Assembly (NCBI RefSeq): GCF_009914755.1 | Contig: NC_060932.1 | DNA from: the human T2T-CHM13v2.0 reference genome, Homo sapiens | Length of the DNA: 64,000 nucleotides | Strand: one strand, 5' to 3' | Part shown: in pieces, positions 46,278 to 58,830 of the stretch | Position numbering within the stretch: position 1 is the first letter of the stretch | How the letters are laid out: each line of letters begins with the position of its first letter | Position numbers and translations under genes: made by a program | Notes under the pieces: model-generated | Seen by the model: only the letters and a program-made list of their open reading frames with translations | The model's database searches: none | What the model was told of the DNA's origin: nothing

Positions 46278-46570
46278 TCAGAAAAATAAGTCTGTGAGAT
46301 ATTTTTAAGGAAAGAATTTTATTAAAAGGCAGTAACATTAAAAATTACCATTACCACAGCCTTCTCCTACTATAGATAGGCATTTTCCATTCATTGTCTA
46401 TAACTGTCTCACAACTGCTAGGCGGTATTACTTGCCAAGGCTGCATTTTATGTGGCCCAGCACAAGTTAGAGCCTCAGTTTTTCTAGCTTTAAATAGTCT
46501 TTCTATGATACTGTAATCTTTCAAGAGAGCAGTGAAAGTGTCTAACTGTATCACCAACTGTTTAATGTAG

Positions 46571-46669
46571 TCCAATGGGTGCAACCCTGGATCATGAAGT
46601 GTCTAATGGTTGCAGCCTCAAATCATGAAGTATCTAATGGATGGTTGCAGCCCCGAATCATGAAGTGTC
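46571..46669. repeat. Degenerate minisatellite, 3 copies of 31-35 bp
   Basis: tcYaatggKtgcaRcc...atcatgaagtR x3. Confidence 0.85.
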
Positions 46670-46799
46670 AGAATCTTCCTTTTCATTGGTTGGCCTAATC
46701 TTCCAGGTCACTGATATTCTGATTTCTTTACCAACTTTTAGCATATTGCTTTAATGGCTTCTCTCTGCAAACTTCAGTCTGGTAATGGGAGAACTAAGA

Positions 46800-47000
46800 G
46801 GTAGAATTAATGGAACCTCTCTAAATCTCAGCTCTGCCAATTTCTGGACTTGGGCAGGTGATTTAACCTCTCTGTGCTTCCATTTTCACATCTGTATAAA
46901 GGAGATTAGTCATAGTAGCCACCTCATAGAGGTGTTGTGAGGGCTAATGCCTTAATTAATGGGTGTCAAGCACTAATAAGAGTGCGTAGGATAGAGCCTG
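46800..47000 (+). mobile_element. MIR SINE
   Basis: cttgggcaggtgatttaacctctctgtgc...catctgtataaa...acctcatagaggtgttgtgagg. Confidence 0.8.
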
Positions 47001-47254
47001 CACTAGACTCTCAGTGTTGATGATGATTGAAATGGACAGCTAATTGGATGTACTGACCAAAGAAGACAGTGTCAATAGTCTTTTGAGGTTTTGAACATGA
47101 GGCAGAGAAGACTGATGGTGCCACTGACCAGATCAGGAGGACAGACCGATTTTTTTCCTCTTCTTTTTGTGGCTCTTGTGTTTTGGTGAAAGGAGGAGGC
47201 ATTTTGGTTTCTCTAGGTTTTCCATCTGGGTAGTGGAGGGCATATTCTCCATCA

Positions 47255-47415
47255 CGGGTTTTCAGCCCTTGCTGCCGATTACATAAACTTGGGGAGCTTT
47301 TAAAAACTATTCATGCCTTGGCCCCACTCCAGACAATTAAATCAAAATCTATGTGGTTGGGGTCCAGCTCCCTGTGAAAGCTTATTCTCACTTCCAGAAG
47401 GCTTGAGAACCTTGC
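47255..47415. mobile_element. MER5-type MITE
   Basis: ggggagcttttaaaaacta...ggccccactccagacaattaaatcaaaatct...ttgagaacc. Confidence 0.65.
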
Positions 47416-48703
47416 TCTAGAGGACTTCTTAGTCTCCAGTTTAGAGAGCAGCCTAGCAGGTAAGATTTTGTATTCTTAACGTATGCTTTCTACTGCTGTG
47501 ATTAAGCCCCATGTAATGAGGTGGCTTTCCAGGACTCATCTGCTGCCTGTCACAGTCTAAGCAGTGTGGAATTGGGAAATCCTTGCTCCCTTCCAGCTTT
47601 TTCCTTTTCTCCAGTGTCTTTTCTGCTGGATCATACTTTTTTCTTTTGACTATTATTTTGGTGGATTTGGAAACATTCGAGAGGTCTTTAGACAGAAGAC
47701 TGCATAGCTATACAGTAAGTTTATCTGAGGATGTCTTTTAAAAAAATGCACACATTGCCCTTCCTGAAGGAAAACTTTTCCTAGTGGAGCAAGGGACACT
47801 CGTCCTCTTGGTCTGGTTACAGAAAAGCATGTTTGGCCAGCTTATTAGATTTGCCTGAGTTCATACTTTGAACAGAAAAATTGCATGTTTTACTGATTGG
47901 AAATACATTCTGGGACTTGATTGAATATACTGATCATGTATAGGTCCTACATAGGTGTCTTAATAATGGTCTTCTTACCGTACCTGCACTTAAGTTCAGC
48001 AATTTGGACCTGGTTCAAGTCGCTTCAGTTCCATGGAGCTGTATTGTTTGCAGCTGAAATAGGAAGAGAGAGTGCTTTAGGCTGTCTTGTGAGCAAGACA
48101 TCTGAGTTGTCTTTAGTTCATGCTTAAGCACAAAAGCAGCAGCCCATCATCTAATCTATTCATAGTTTACTTTGTTCGGGTATCTAATTTGGGAGCATGC
48201 TTGCCCTCACTCACTTCTAAAACACACAATTTGAATAAAAGGGTCTATCTTTAATTGACTCAGGGAACAAAACCTTGTTGAAGAATTCTGGATTTCTCAA
48301 AGCTTTTAAAAATTGCTCTGCAGGATAACATTACAATGCTGACCCTACTGCCACTCAACATGTATCTGTCCTACAGTGGAGTTGGAGGAGGGATTATTCT
48401 GAGAAGGCTATTAAAATGAACCATTTACTATGATTCATAGGCTTTTAAACCCAGTAAGTCTGTAATATCTAGAGTAAAATTCAACATCAGTTTATTATTT
48501 TGGTGATGATGGGGTTAAAGTGTCTTTACAAAGTATTAAGCATGCACAGAGAAAATGCAAATGTGAATTCTCTTCGTTCTCCCCGTTAGGAGTGTATGCC
48601 TGATAGATAAATGTTCCAGAGCATTCATGTAATACAATTAGTAGATATAAGTGCTTTTTCTCAGTGGAAATTGAGGTCTGTTACAAGGAGTAACAGATTA
48701 GGC

Positions 48704-49190
48704 CAGTGGTTCTCGAAGTAGGGACTAATCAGCAGCATCTACAGCTCCTCGGACCTTGTTAGAAATGGAGATTCTGGGCCTCTCTGCAGACTAAGCAATC
48801 AGAAACTTTGCAGGTAGGGCCCAGCAGTCTTGAGCTTTAAAAAGCCCTTCAGGGGATCCTTCTGCATGCTAACGTTCGAGAACCTCTGAGCTACGGTTCT
48901 CACCTTGACAGCACAGACACTATTGAGAGTCCCTGGTTGTGGGGCACGGGTGTCAGTATTTTTGTTTCTTAAGCTGCCTTGGTGATTCCAGTGTTCAGTC
49001 AGGATTAGAGGCTGCTGCTCTAGGACCTTGCTACCCAAAATGAGGGTCCCAGACCAGCAGTGTGGGCATCACCTGGGAGCTCTTTAGAAATCCAGGCTAT
49101 CAAACCCCACCTGAGACTTACTGAATCGTATTTAAGTTTAACAAGATTCCCAGTGACTCATAAGCACATTAAAGTTTGTGAAACACTGAT
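48704..49190. mobile_element. Cluster of three adjacent MER5A-type MITEs
   Basis: cagtggttctcgaag...gagaacctctg; ggttctcacctt...ggtgattccag; ccagaccagcagtgtgggcatcacctgggagct...aagtttgtgaaacactg. Confidence 0.75.
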
Positions 49191-49369
49191 TTATAGAAAT
49201 AGTGAGTTTCCTTTGTAGAAGCCAGCCCTTAGAACGCCCTTAATTTAAAAGTTTTGTGAGGAGGTAGAACAGCTGTTTTGGCTTCTGCCTGGCAGTGACT
49301 CAGGGAAGCAATCACTGGGGGCAAGGCAAGGCTCCGAAAGCTGTGAAGGACCCAGGACCATTTCATCGA

Positions 49370-50230
49370 GTGAGTGCTGGTGCAAGTAATGAAAATCCCA
49401 ACTCAGATTGGCTTAAGCAATGGAAACTTTTTGGTTCAGATAATGGAAGAGTTCAGGAGTAGTTCTGTTTTCAGATCTGGCTGCATCAAGAGGCTTATGT
49501 GATTTTTTTTTTTTTTTTTTAATCAGCCTCAAGGCTTACGTAACTCTCAGCTCAACCTTACTTTGTTAGATTCACTTTCAGGTTTTACAGAATTAGAGTA
49601 ACAGCTAAGCTGTTGTTAAAAAGAGATTCCTAAACATAGTGGCTTAAAGTAGATTTATTTCTGTTTGACACAACAGTCCCAAGACAGGTCTGGTGGGATA
49701 GCTCTGCTGTGCTCACACGCAGTTCTTACCTGCTGGTCCAAGGTGGCCAGTCCATCCATACTGTCTCCCAGCCAGGAGACAGAGTCAAGGGGGAGAACAT
49801 ACCCATTCCTTTTAATGCCACAGCCTGGAGGGGTAACATGTCACTTACACTTATATCCCACTATTTGCAGCATAGTCACGTGGTCACACAAGGTACTATG
49901 CGGGCTGGGAAATGTAGTCTCTACATGGGTGGCCACGTGCCCAACTAAAATCTGGGGATGTTTTGTTACTAAAAAGGGAAGACTTTAGGTATTGATGACA
50001 ACCAGGAGCGACTTCTCCTCTGGTGGTGGCAAGATGGAGTCTGGCAACTTCAAGTTAACAGCCTGTCCTGTCAGCAGTTTCAGTAGAAAGCACTACTCTT
50101 TCCTAGTTCTTCCAGTAAGAATCCCAGAATAGCTTCCTAGTTCCTTAATTTCTGGGAACTACACATGAAGAAGTGTCCCCAGAATCCCGTGGACTGTGAT
50201 AGAAAAGGATTGGTTCCCCCAAAGAGAACT
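49370..50230 (-). mobile_element. Old MLT1 (J/K-like) LTR fragments
   Basis: ggtgcaagtaatgaaaatcccaactcagattggcttaagcaa; gggctgggaaatgtagtctcta. Confidence 0.45.
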
Positions 50231-52308
50231 GTTTAATAGCAGGCTTAGAACAGAGAGACCTTTACCTCACTCCTTTGTGAATTGGCATTTAGACCCAGAC
50301 AAGAAAGGAAAGTGGAGAACATGGGGGTGCTCAAGCCAGATGTGGGGGCATTGGGGGCTATTTACTGTCGAGTTAGTCAAGCATGGAATATTTGAAGATT
50401 ATTAGCACGTGACATAAAGGGTATTTAGGAATAAATGTGTTTGCTGAGTTTAATAAACATAGGAGACTGTAACAGTGTACTTTTGATCTTCTGATCTCTT
50501 ATTTTAGTGGTTGGTAAATAAGAGTAAAAGAAAATATAAACTTTGACAAATGCTTTTAAGAATGTTTTAAATTATTTAATCTTTAATTGCTAAAGATTAT
50601 GTAAATAGAAGCCTTTAGTGCATCAAACGATGAGTGTTGGAGAGATGATGAATTGAACTTGTGTTTACCGTCTCCTTCTCAAGGTTTTGTTTTCTTAGTA
50701 TGTTTTTTATACTTTATACTTAGTACTTTTTTATACTTTATTCATTACACAAAGGATTTGAGGTAATTTCCAAGACTAAGGCCTTTCTCGCAAGCTTTAG
50801 AAGAAAATTCTAAAAGCATACTACATCCTGCTTTTAAAAAAAGTTGTGACAGTCTTACATGATAGAAAAATAATATATCATATTCAAAATAACATGGTAT
50901 TTCCAAGGTTCTCAACTGCTTATTGTCCTTTTAATGAAAATGTGGATTGTAGGCACATCTGCTATAAATGAATTAAAATTTCATTTGCCCAGAACTTTGT
51001 GTATTCCATTAATAAGATTTACCCAAAACACTATTGTTGGTTTAATAAATATTAAGAGAGTCTTTGGGATGTGCCTCCTGGCGTTTGTTGTTTCTCTCCT
51101 TTGAGCATTAACTACCCTTCTGAGCCTTCACAGGCTGCTTTTGTTGTTTTGTGCCTTGAGATATAAATAGAGGCAGAAAACCCAGAAGATGCAAACAGAT
51201 TTAATACTATAAACTATTTACAGATGTGTTTAGTATTCATTCAATAGAACCTTTTAGTTTATTGAATATAAACCAGCTTTAGCATTCTACATGTGCCAGG
51301 GGTTCTGTTTTTTCTTTTATTGGAAATTTTAAAAACGACAAAAACATCTTTTGGTAGTATCATCATCTAATAAGCATGAGAAAGATGTAACGTCATGACT
51401 TGCACCTGACCCTTTGTCTTCTTGGATCTTACATACTTTTGGACAACCAAGAGTGAAAAGGGTGGAAACTTCCGATCTCGACTGAGTAAAAGGAAAGCCT
51501 TTCTAAGAGGCAGTCAAAGATGGAACAGGCTACTTAAGCAGGAGGCAGGACCCATACCTGGAGCTAAGCTGGTGTTTGTTTGGATGGCTGTTTACTGAGG
51601 ATCTTTAGAGGAGATTCAAGCCATCAACTGGCTGGGGAGAGTCGCTGACCTTTATAGCTTCCTTCTAACCTTAGAAGATTCTGTACGACATTTTAAAGGT
51701 GAGTGCTGAGCAACTTAAACTATATTTTATTTCCTTTCCTGATAACTTGGTCTGACTGAGACTAGACATCTTTTGTTGCCTATAGTTGAAGGAGTCTGGC
51801 ATTCTAGGACCAACTTGCTGTTAAACTGATGGCAAGATCTCTATTTGCCAAAGTTAGGGGACTGTGTATGTAACCATTGAAATCTAACATTACCTCAAAC
51901 TTCAAGGGACTCTGACAGGTACTTTAACCAGTTAGAATGGCACACTTGACTATCTGGTTTGAGTCAGAGCAGTGAGTGCCTGGGAGAAAACAGCAAACTC
52001 AAGACACCATGAGTGGACTTTAGGGAGAGGGAAGAGAGACAGAGGGCCCACAGGCCAGCACGAAGAATGTAAAGGGAAAGTAGCCACTGTCCCAACCTGC
52101 CAGGGGTTTGGGAGGCACTGTTAATTTCCCAAGCATTCACTTATCCGCACTTTGACCAGGCAACCCTTCTTCGGCTGGACAGGGACACTCATGCTGGACC
52201 TTGATCACCCATGACCCATGTGTCATAGTGCAGAGCTTTCCTTCTGAGGCTTAAGTGACCAGTGTGACAAGAACCCTGAAACACCTAATGTACAGAAGGA
52301 CTCTAGGT

Positions 52309-52642
52309 CCATGGTCCCCAACCTTTCTGGCACCAGGGACTGGTTTCATGGGAGACAGTTTTTCCACAGGTGTTAGGGGGGATGGTTTTGGGATGAAACT
52401 GTTCCATCTTGGATCATCAGGCATCAGACTCCTTTCACAAGGAGTGTGCAAACTAGATTCCTCGCCTGTGTAATTCACAGGGGTTTGCATTCCTAGGGGA
52501 ATCTAATGCTGCCACTGATCTGACAGGAGGCGGAGTGCAGGCGGTAATGAGATTGGATGGCTACTCACCTGCTGTGGGGCTGGGTTCCTAACAGGCCATG
52601 GACCAGTACTGGTCTGTGGCCCCGGGGGTCGGGGAATCCCTG
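52309..52642 (+). mobile_element. MER1B hAT-Charlie non-autonomous DNA transposon
   Basis: ggtccccaacctttctggcaccaggga...gatctgacaggaggcggag...ggggaatccctg; ~334 bp; hAT-type flanks ctctaggt/ctctagtc. Confidence 0.88.
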
Positions 52643-53145
52643 CTCTAGTCATGAACCATTTGTCTCCCTCTTGATTTTTCCTGTGCTAGCGCTCACTTCC
52701 ATGTTTCCTTCTTTATTCTGGGTAAAGCAAGAGAATGCTGGACAGGTAGCCAGAAGACTTGGGTTCTTATAGGCTGGCCTTTCTCTGCCAGTTACCAGCT
52801 GTGACCTCTGGCAAATCACTCAACCTCTTTTACCTCAGTTTCCCTTTTTGTAAAACCAGCTAGTCTCTGCAGTCAAACCTTCAATAGTTCTATAATGGCT
52901 ATGCTTTTCTTAAGGAGTCGCTTTTTCCCCCTACTTTCTACTTACTGCCTTGCAATGAAGTTTTTAAAATTCCAGTCCAGACTTTAACACTGTGTTCTAT
53001 TCTCCTCTCTTCTCCTTTGGCAGCCAACTAAATTGGTTACAGTTGTCATTTAGAATGCGGTAATCTTTCATGACTAACCATTTCCTCTCTTAGAGATGCC
53101 ACTTCATCTAGCTGCTGTAGCTCGGATTTCTTCCTCACAGATAAG

Positions 53146-53213
53146 AGGATGGAGGTTGCTCTTGATATGGGAAATAGAAGGATGGAGGTTGCTCTTGATA
53201 TGGGAAATAGAAG
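53146..53213. repeat. Perfect 33-bp tandem duplication
   Basis: aggatggaggttgctcttgatatgggaaataga x2. Confidence 0.95.
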
Positions 53214-54124
53214 TCGGAGTAGGAGGTAAAGTTCCACTGTAGAGGGAAAATGTCCACCTGTTAGAGACAGGAAACAACTGGGGTGCGAAGGGCCAGCTGT
53301 CCGTGTTCTGTGGATGAAAATTCCCAGCAGATTTTTTCTGTATTTTTGGCTCTGAATATTATACACTGAACATAGAGTCTTGTCCTGGAATCTGATAGTT
53401 TTCTTAAACACTGGACAAGTGAATATACTCCAAAAAGATCATGAGGCCACGGGTATTGTATTCTGAGGTCCCGAGAAGTTGATGAATCTTCTCTCCCAAA
53501 GGCGGATATTTTTACCAGTGTGAGCTACCCAGAAAATTTTAAATTTGAAAATCTCCCAAATGCCCATGATTTTGATGGCAAGAATTATTAGAGGCAGGTG
53601 GAAAATACTGCCCAACTGTGATCATGACACTTTCACCAACTTACGGCTCCCTAGCCCTGGGACTGGCCAAAGAACCCAGTGTTGGGCTGGAAGGGGAGCC
53701 CTTCCAGGCTGATGGATCTCTTTGCCCCAAGTACTGTTGTCACACTGCCGGTGTTCGAATCACCTTGGGGATTGGGGTTATTTGTTAAAAATGCACATTC
53801 TTGCATCCCATCTCAGACCCTGCATTTGAATGTAGCTGAAACATACTGAAGTTACAGAATCATTGCTTTTGGCTGAAAACCTAGAAAGCTTGCAATGGCT
53901 TTCTGTGGACCCCACCTCTCTGCTTAACCTTTTTGGGTTTTTAGTTCGGGATCTAAGGCCCTCCCCTCTCTAAAATGCAAAATGTGACACTGAGCTAAAG
54001 ATCAAAACATAGCAAGCGTTATCTAGAAATTATTCCTTTAAAAATAGTTTATTTAGCCATGCAATAGGATAACTGTCAAACAATATTTTATGCTACTTAG
54101 AGTTGTACATATAGGTACATAACA

Positions 54125-55420
54125 TTGAATAGCTTTGTTGAAGTATAATGTACCTGCCACAAAAATTCACCCATTTAAAGCGTAGTTTTTAGTGTATTCA
54201 CACAATTGTGCAACAGTGACCACAATCTAACTTGAGAATATTTTAATCACCCCCCCACCTCAAAAAAAAAAACCTGTACCCATTTGCAGTCACTTTTCAT
54301 TCCACTCACTTCAAGGCCTAGGCAACCACTAGTCTCCCTTCTGTCTCTGTAGATTTGCCTATTGTGGACATTTTATGTAAGTGGAATCATGTAATATATG
54401 GCCTTTTGTGATTAACTTCTTTCAGTTAGCATGTTTTCAAGGTTCATTCATGTTGTAGCACTAGTACTTCATCTCTCTTTATTGCCAAATAAATATTTAT
54501 TGTGCATTGCATATAGTCATACCCCCTTTTCCATTTGTTAGTTGGTGGACATTTGGGTTGTTTCAACCTTTTGGCTATTAGGAGTAATGCCGCCATAAGC
54601 ATTTGTGTCCAAGTGTACAAGTTTCATGGGGCTATATGTTCATATATTTCCATTTCTCCTGAGTATATATACCTACGAGTGGAATTTCTGGGTGATATGG
54701 TAACTCTGTATAACATTTCAAGAAACTGCCACACTGTTTTGCAAGGTAGCTGTACCATTTTACATTCCCACCAGCAGTGCACAGGGTTCCAGTTTTTCCA
54801 CATCCTCATCAATATTTATTATTGTCTGTCCTTTTGATTACAATCCCTATTGGGTATGAAGTGGTATCTTATTGTGGTTCTGGTTTTCATTTTCTTACTG
54901 ACTGATGATGTTGAGCAAGATGTGTTTTTGTGTTCTTAGCCATTTGTATTTACTCTGTGAAGAAATGTCTATTCAGATGTCTATTCTGTGGGTTGTCTTT
55001 TCATTCTCTTAATAGTGTCCTTTGAAGCACACAAGTTTTAGATGTTTATGAAGTCAAACTTATCAGTTTTTTTCTTTTGTTGCTTATGTTTTTGGTATCA
55101 TATATAAGAAACACTGCCTAACTGAAAATTGGAAACATCTATTCCTATTTTCTTCCAAGAGTTTTACGGTTTTAGTTCTTACATTTAGATCTAAAATCTA
55201 TTTTGAATTAGTTTTTGCATATGTTGTGGGGTTGGGGTACAGTTTATTTTCTTCTTTATGCATGTGGTATCCAGTTGTCCCAACACTTTCTTAGAAAGTC
55301 TTATTCTTTCCCCGTTGAATTCTTGGCACACTTGTTGAAAATATATTGACCATAAATGTAGGGGTTTATTTCTGCACTCTCAATTCTGTTCCTTTTATCT
55401 GTATGATTTATATGAAGTAC
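54125..55420 (-). mobile_element. L1MB-like 3' region
   Basis: ctaggcaaccactagtct...tagatttgcctattgtggacatttt...ggacatttgggttgtttc; ORF2-like HCWWECKMVQLPCKTVWQFL. Confidence 0.85.
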
Positions 55421-55437
55421 TATATGTACATATTTTT

Positions 55438-55520
55438 GTATGTATATATGTGTGTGTATAAATACACACATGTTTGTGTGTGTGCATGTGTGTGTGTGTG
55501 TGTATATATATATATGCACA
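55438..55520. repeat. (TG)n/(TA)n microsatellite
   Basis: Interrupted alternating purine-pyrimidine tract. Confidence 0.85.
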
Positions 55521-56037
55521 CATGAATCTTAAAATTGTTTTTCCTGTGGCCTTAATTTAGGTGATTAGGGAAATGGACAAGTCAATAGGTAGGAATTAAA
55601 GACGTTAACTACACCAGGAGACTTGACCATGAAGTCCCTCCTGCCTCAGCTGAGCTAATTTAACAGGGATACAAAGAGCCGCAGAACGATTGGTTTGCTG
55701 TTGGTTTTTTTCTTTTTCTCTCCCTCCCTGAAATGGAATGCCTTTCAGAATGTTTTGGAGTGGGGTGCATTTTAGATATCTCTAGTCCTTGGCCTAGCCC
55801 TGACAGTGAGGTCTTGGCTAAGATACTTAATGAGTTCTGAATGCCCCTGTCCTCACCCTTAAGCAGCTGATTTTTCGAAGTTTTGTTTCGCTTCATGGTA
55901 TAAAAAGCCTAGTCATGTGATCTTTGTAATGTTTCTTGGTTATTTTAATTTTTAATGGTAAAAAATGCCTGACAGAAAAAAAAAGAAAAACCCAAGACTT
56001 TCCTGTGACACGGTGCACTTCTGCCTTGTGGACCTAG

Positions 56038-56359
<322 letters not shown>

Positions 56360-57357
56360 TACCTTGAGAGCTTTTAACTACAGATAAAGAGCTGAAACTT
56401 CTTGTGAAAATGTCTTAATTTTATTCTTGGGTCCGTGGGAATTTAGAACTATAGGCTTTTAATTGTTCACAGCTGGTGCATGAATAGAGTGGTAATAATA
56501 ATTAGGAATAATATGGTTCACCTCCTAAGCTGTTAGTTTTAATCCGTTAAATTTTTTTGAACTGACGTCTGGCACAGTCTTCAAGTGAGACCATTTGGAG
56601 GAGGTCCATCCTAGGTTTCAGTCAAGAAGTGTGCATGTCTGTCTTGTCCTGCTAATTTGTTACAGTGATTTCTATGGTTTGATTTTAATGTTTTTCATCT
56701 AAAAACACACATGCAAATCCAGCCTACGCTCAACAAAATCCATCCAGACACTCCCACTACAGAGCCCTTGCGTGACAATTTTCTGTATCTAAGTTAGAGG
56801 GAGCTTGCAGCCTCTCCTACATCCCTCTGCGGTGGGAGGAGCCTTGCTAGGGGAGAGAGGGGGTTTGCTCTAAGTCTCTTGTAAATGGAGGCCGACCCAG
56901 AGTGCCCAGAGTGCAGTGCTTCCTGTAATTCCCCAGAGAGCAGTTTGGAAATCATAAAGCTGATTTACAGTTATTTATTCCCTGCCCCTCCCCCCACACT
57001 ATTTTTTGTAAAATCCTCAAATTTCAAAGTATTAGTACAATTGATTAGTGATGTTTACTTTTCGTCATTTCTTAATGCTCCACGTTACAGAAATTTTTCA
57101 AAATGTTTCAAAATGACATATTTAGTAGAGAATAAGGATTAAAGAAGGAATGTGTTCTTGAAGAGTGATCTGGTTGGAGGTTGTTTTCTGGGAAGGTTTA
57201 ACAAAATAGTTGTCTTAGGAGAACACATCATAATATCACATTATTTAATGAAACCTCTTTTATCTTAGATAATCTAGGGGGGAAAAATCCTAAATTTACA
57301 CTTAAGTGGTGAAAAAAATTAAATCGCAATTTAATTATTTTTTAGAAGTAGTATAAA

Positions 57358-57629
57358 TTTTTTTTTTTCTTTTGAGACAGAGTCTAGCTCTGTCACCCAG
57401 GCTGGAGTGTAGTGGTGCAATCTCTCCTCCCGGGTTCAAGCGATTCTTGTGCCTCAACCTCCTGTAGCTGGGATTACAGGCGCGCACCTCCACGCATGGC
57501 TCGGTTTTTATATTTCAGTAGAGACAGGGTTTGTTGGCCAAGCTGGTCTTGAACTCCTGACCTCAAGTGATCGGCCTGCCTCAGCCTCCCAAAGTGCTGG
57601 GATTACAGGTGCGAGCCACCACGCTCGGC
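57358..57629 (-). mobile_element. AluS with several small internal deletions
   Basis: Shortened dimer; TSD ttagaagtagta. Confidence 0.85.
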
Positions 57630-58659
57630 GTTAGAAGTAGTAGTATAAAATTGATGATATCAACAAGTTGATAGCTTCTCATAATTTATGCTGCCCACTA
57701 ATTTGGCTAATTTAGTAAATAGTTGTTACCTGGAACTAAATGATTTCTCATAACATGCCTTCTTGGCCTTTCTCACGGGACTTCCTGGAACAAGATGACT
57801 TTTGTTGGGTAGAGCTGATATAAGAATCCAGCCAATGAAACTGTAGTGACAACTTTTTACTTTTAAAAGTATATATTGTAAAAAGCTCTCTTGAATCTAC
57901 AAATAGAATCCATTTTACTAAAGCTAGGGTGTTAGTCACATTATATTTCCAAGAAAACACAGTATAATTGTCACTTTCAAGGGCCATCGAACTGAAGTAG
58001 AGAAAGGTGGTGACTTTATGGGAACACCAGATTAGTATTAGAAATTAGCGTGAGATCTATACATTTAGCAGTTTCTAAAGGTGATTTCTGCTGCTTCACT
58101 CACTCTTACTGTTTCTTGAAGTATTGATTGTCAAAGTGATTAGAGGAGCAGTAATAATTCATTTACAGGGAGTCTTACTGCCTTTTCCTTTCCAGAGCCT
58201 CTCCTCACATTCCCAAGCTGTTTATATGTGATGTTCAGCTTGTGGACAGGGTGTGTGCTTATGTTTTAAGTATTTGCTTCTGGAGAGCTAGCTAGAAAAA
58301 GCAAAACAGAGAAACCCATTGGCGTGTTGAGAGTTGAATCCACAAGAAGATGTTGTTTGCAATGTGCCGAAAACATAAGGTCCAAACAGCCGGAACAGGC
58401 CTGGTGCCAGGCAATTTCACTGTGAGAGAAAGAGGAGGTCTGATGCAGTTCTCTAAGGATTAGCTGCAACTCAGCAGCTGCTGTCTGAGTTTGATTATGC
58501 ACATCCTGAGACCTGCATTAACCCTTGTGCCCCTGGGGGAACCTCAGGGCTGTCTTCTAAACAAAGGACTTTTCCCCTGGACACCCAGGGGCAAAAGCCA
58601 AAACAATATGGAGGTTAAAAGAAGGCGGAGCTCTGGGAGACTGGATTTGAGAGAACAAT

Positions 58660-58830
58660 CTAGGAAGGAAACGGATTGTAGAATTTTGGAACTGCAAGTG
58701 CCTTTTAAGACCCTTTCATTTTATTGATCAAGAAGCAGAGGCTCAGAGAAGTTAGGTGACTTGCCCAAGGAGAATCAGTCAAAACTTAAGTCCAGGTGTC
58801 TTCATTCCCAGCTAAGCTGTTTCATGCAGC
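58660..58830 (-). mobile_element. MIR SINE
   Basis: agaagcagaggctcagagaagttaggtgacttgcccaagg. Confidence 0.75.

Noticed and set aside
57310-57345. AT-rich imperfect palindrome aattaaatcgcaatttaatt
   Set aside because: Short and AT-rich; expected by chance in 64 kb.
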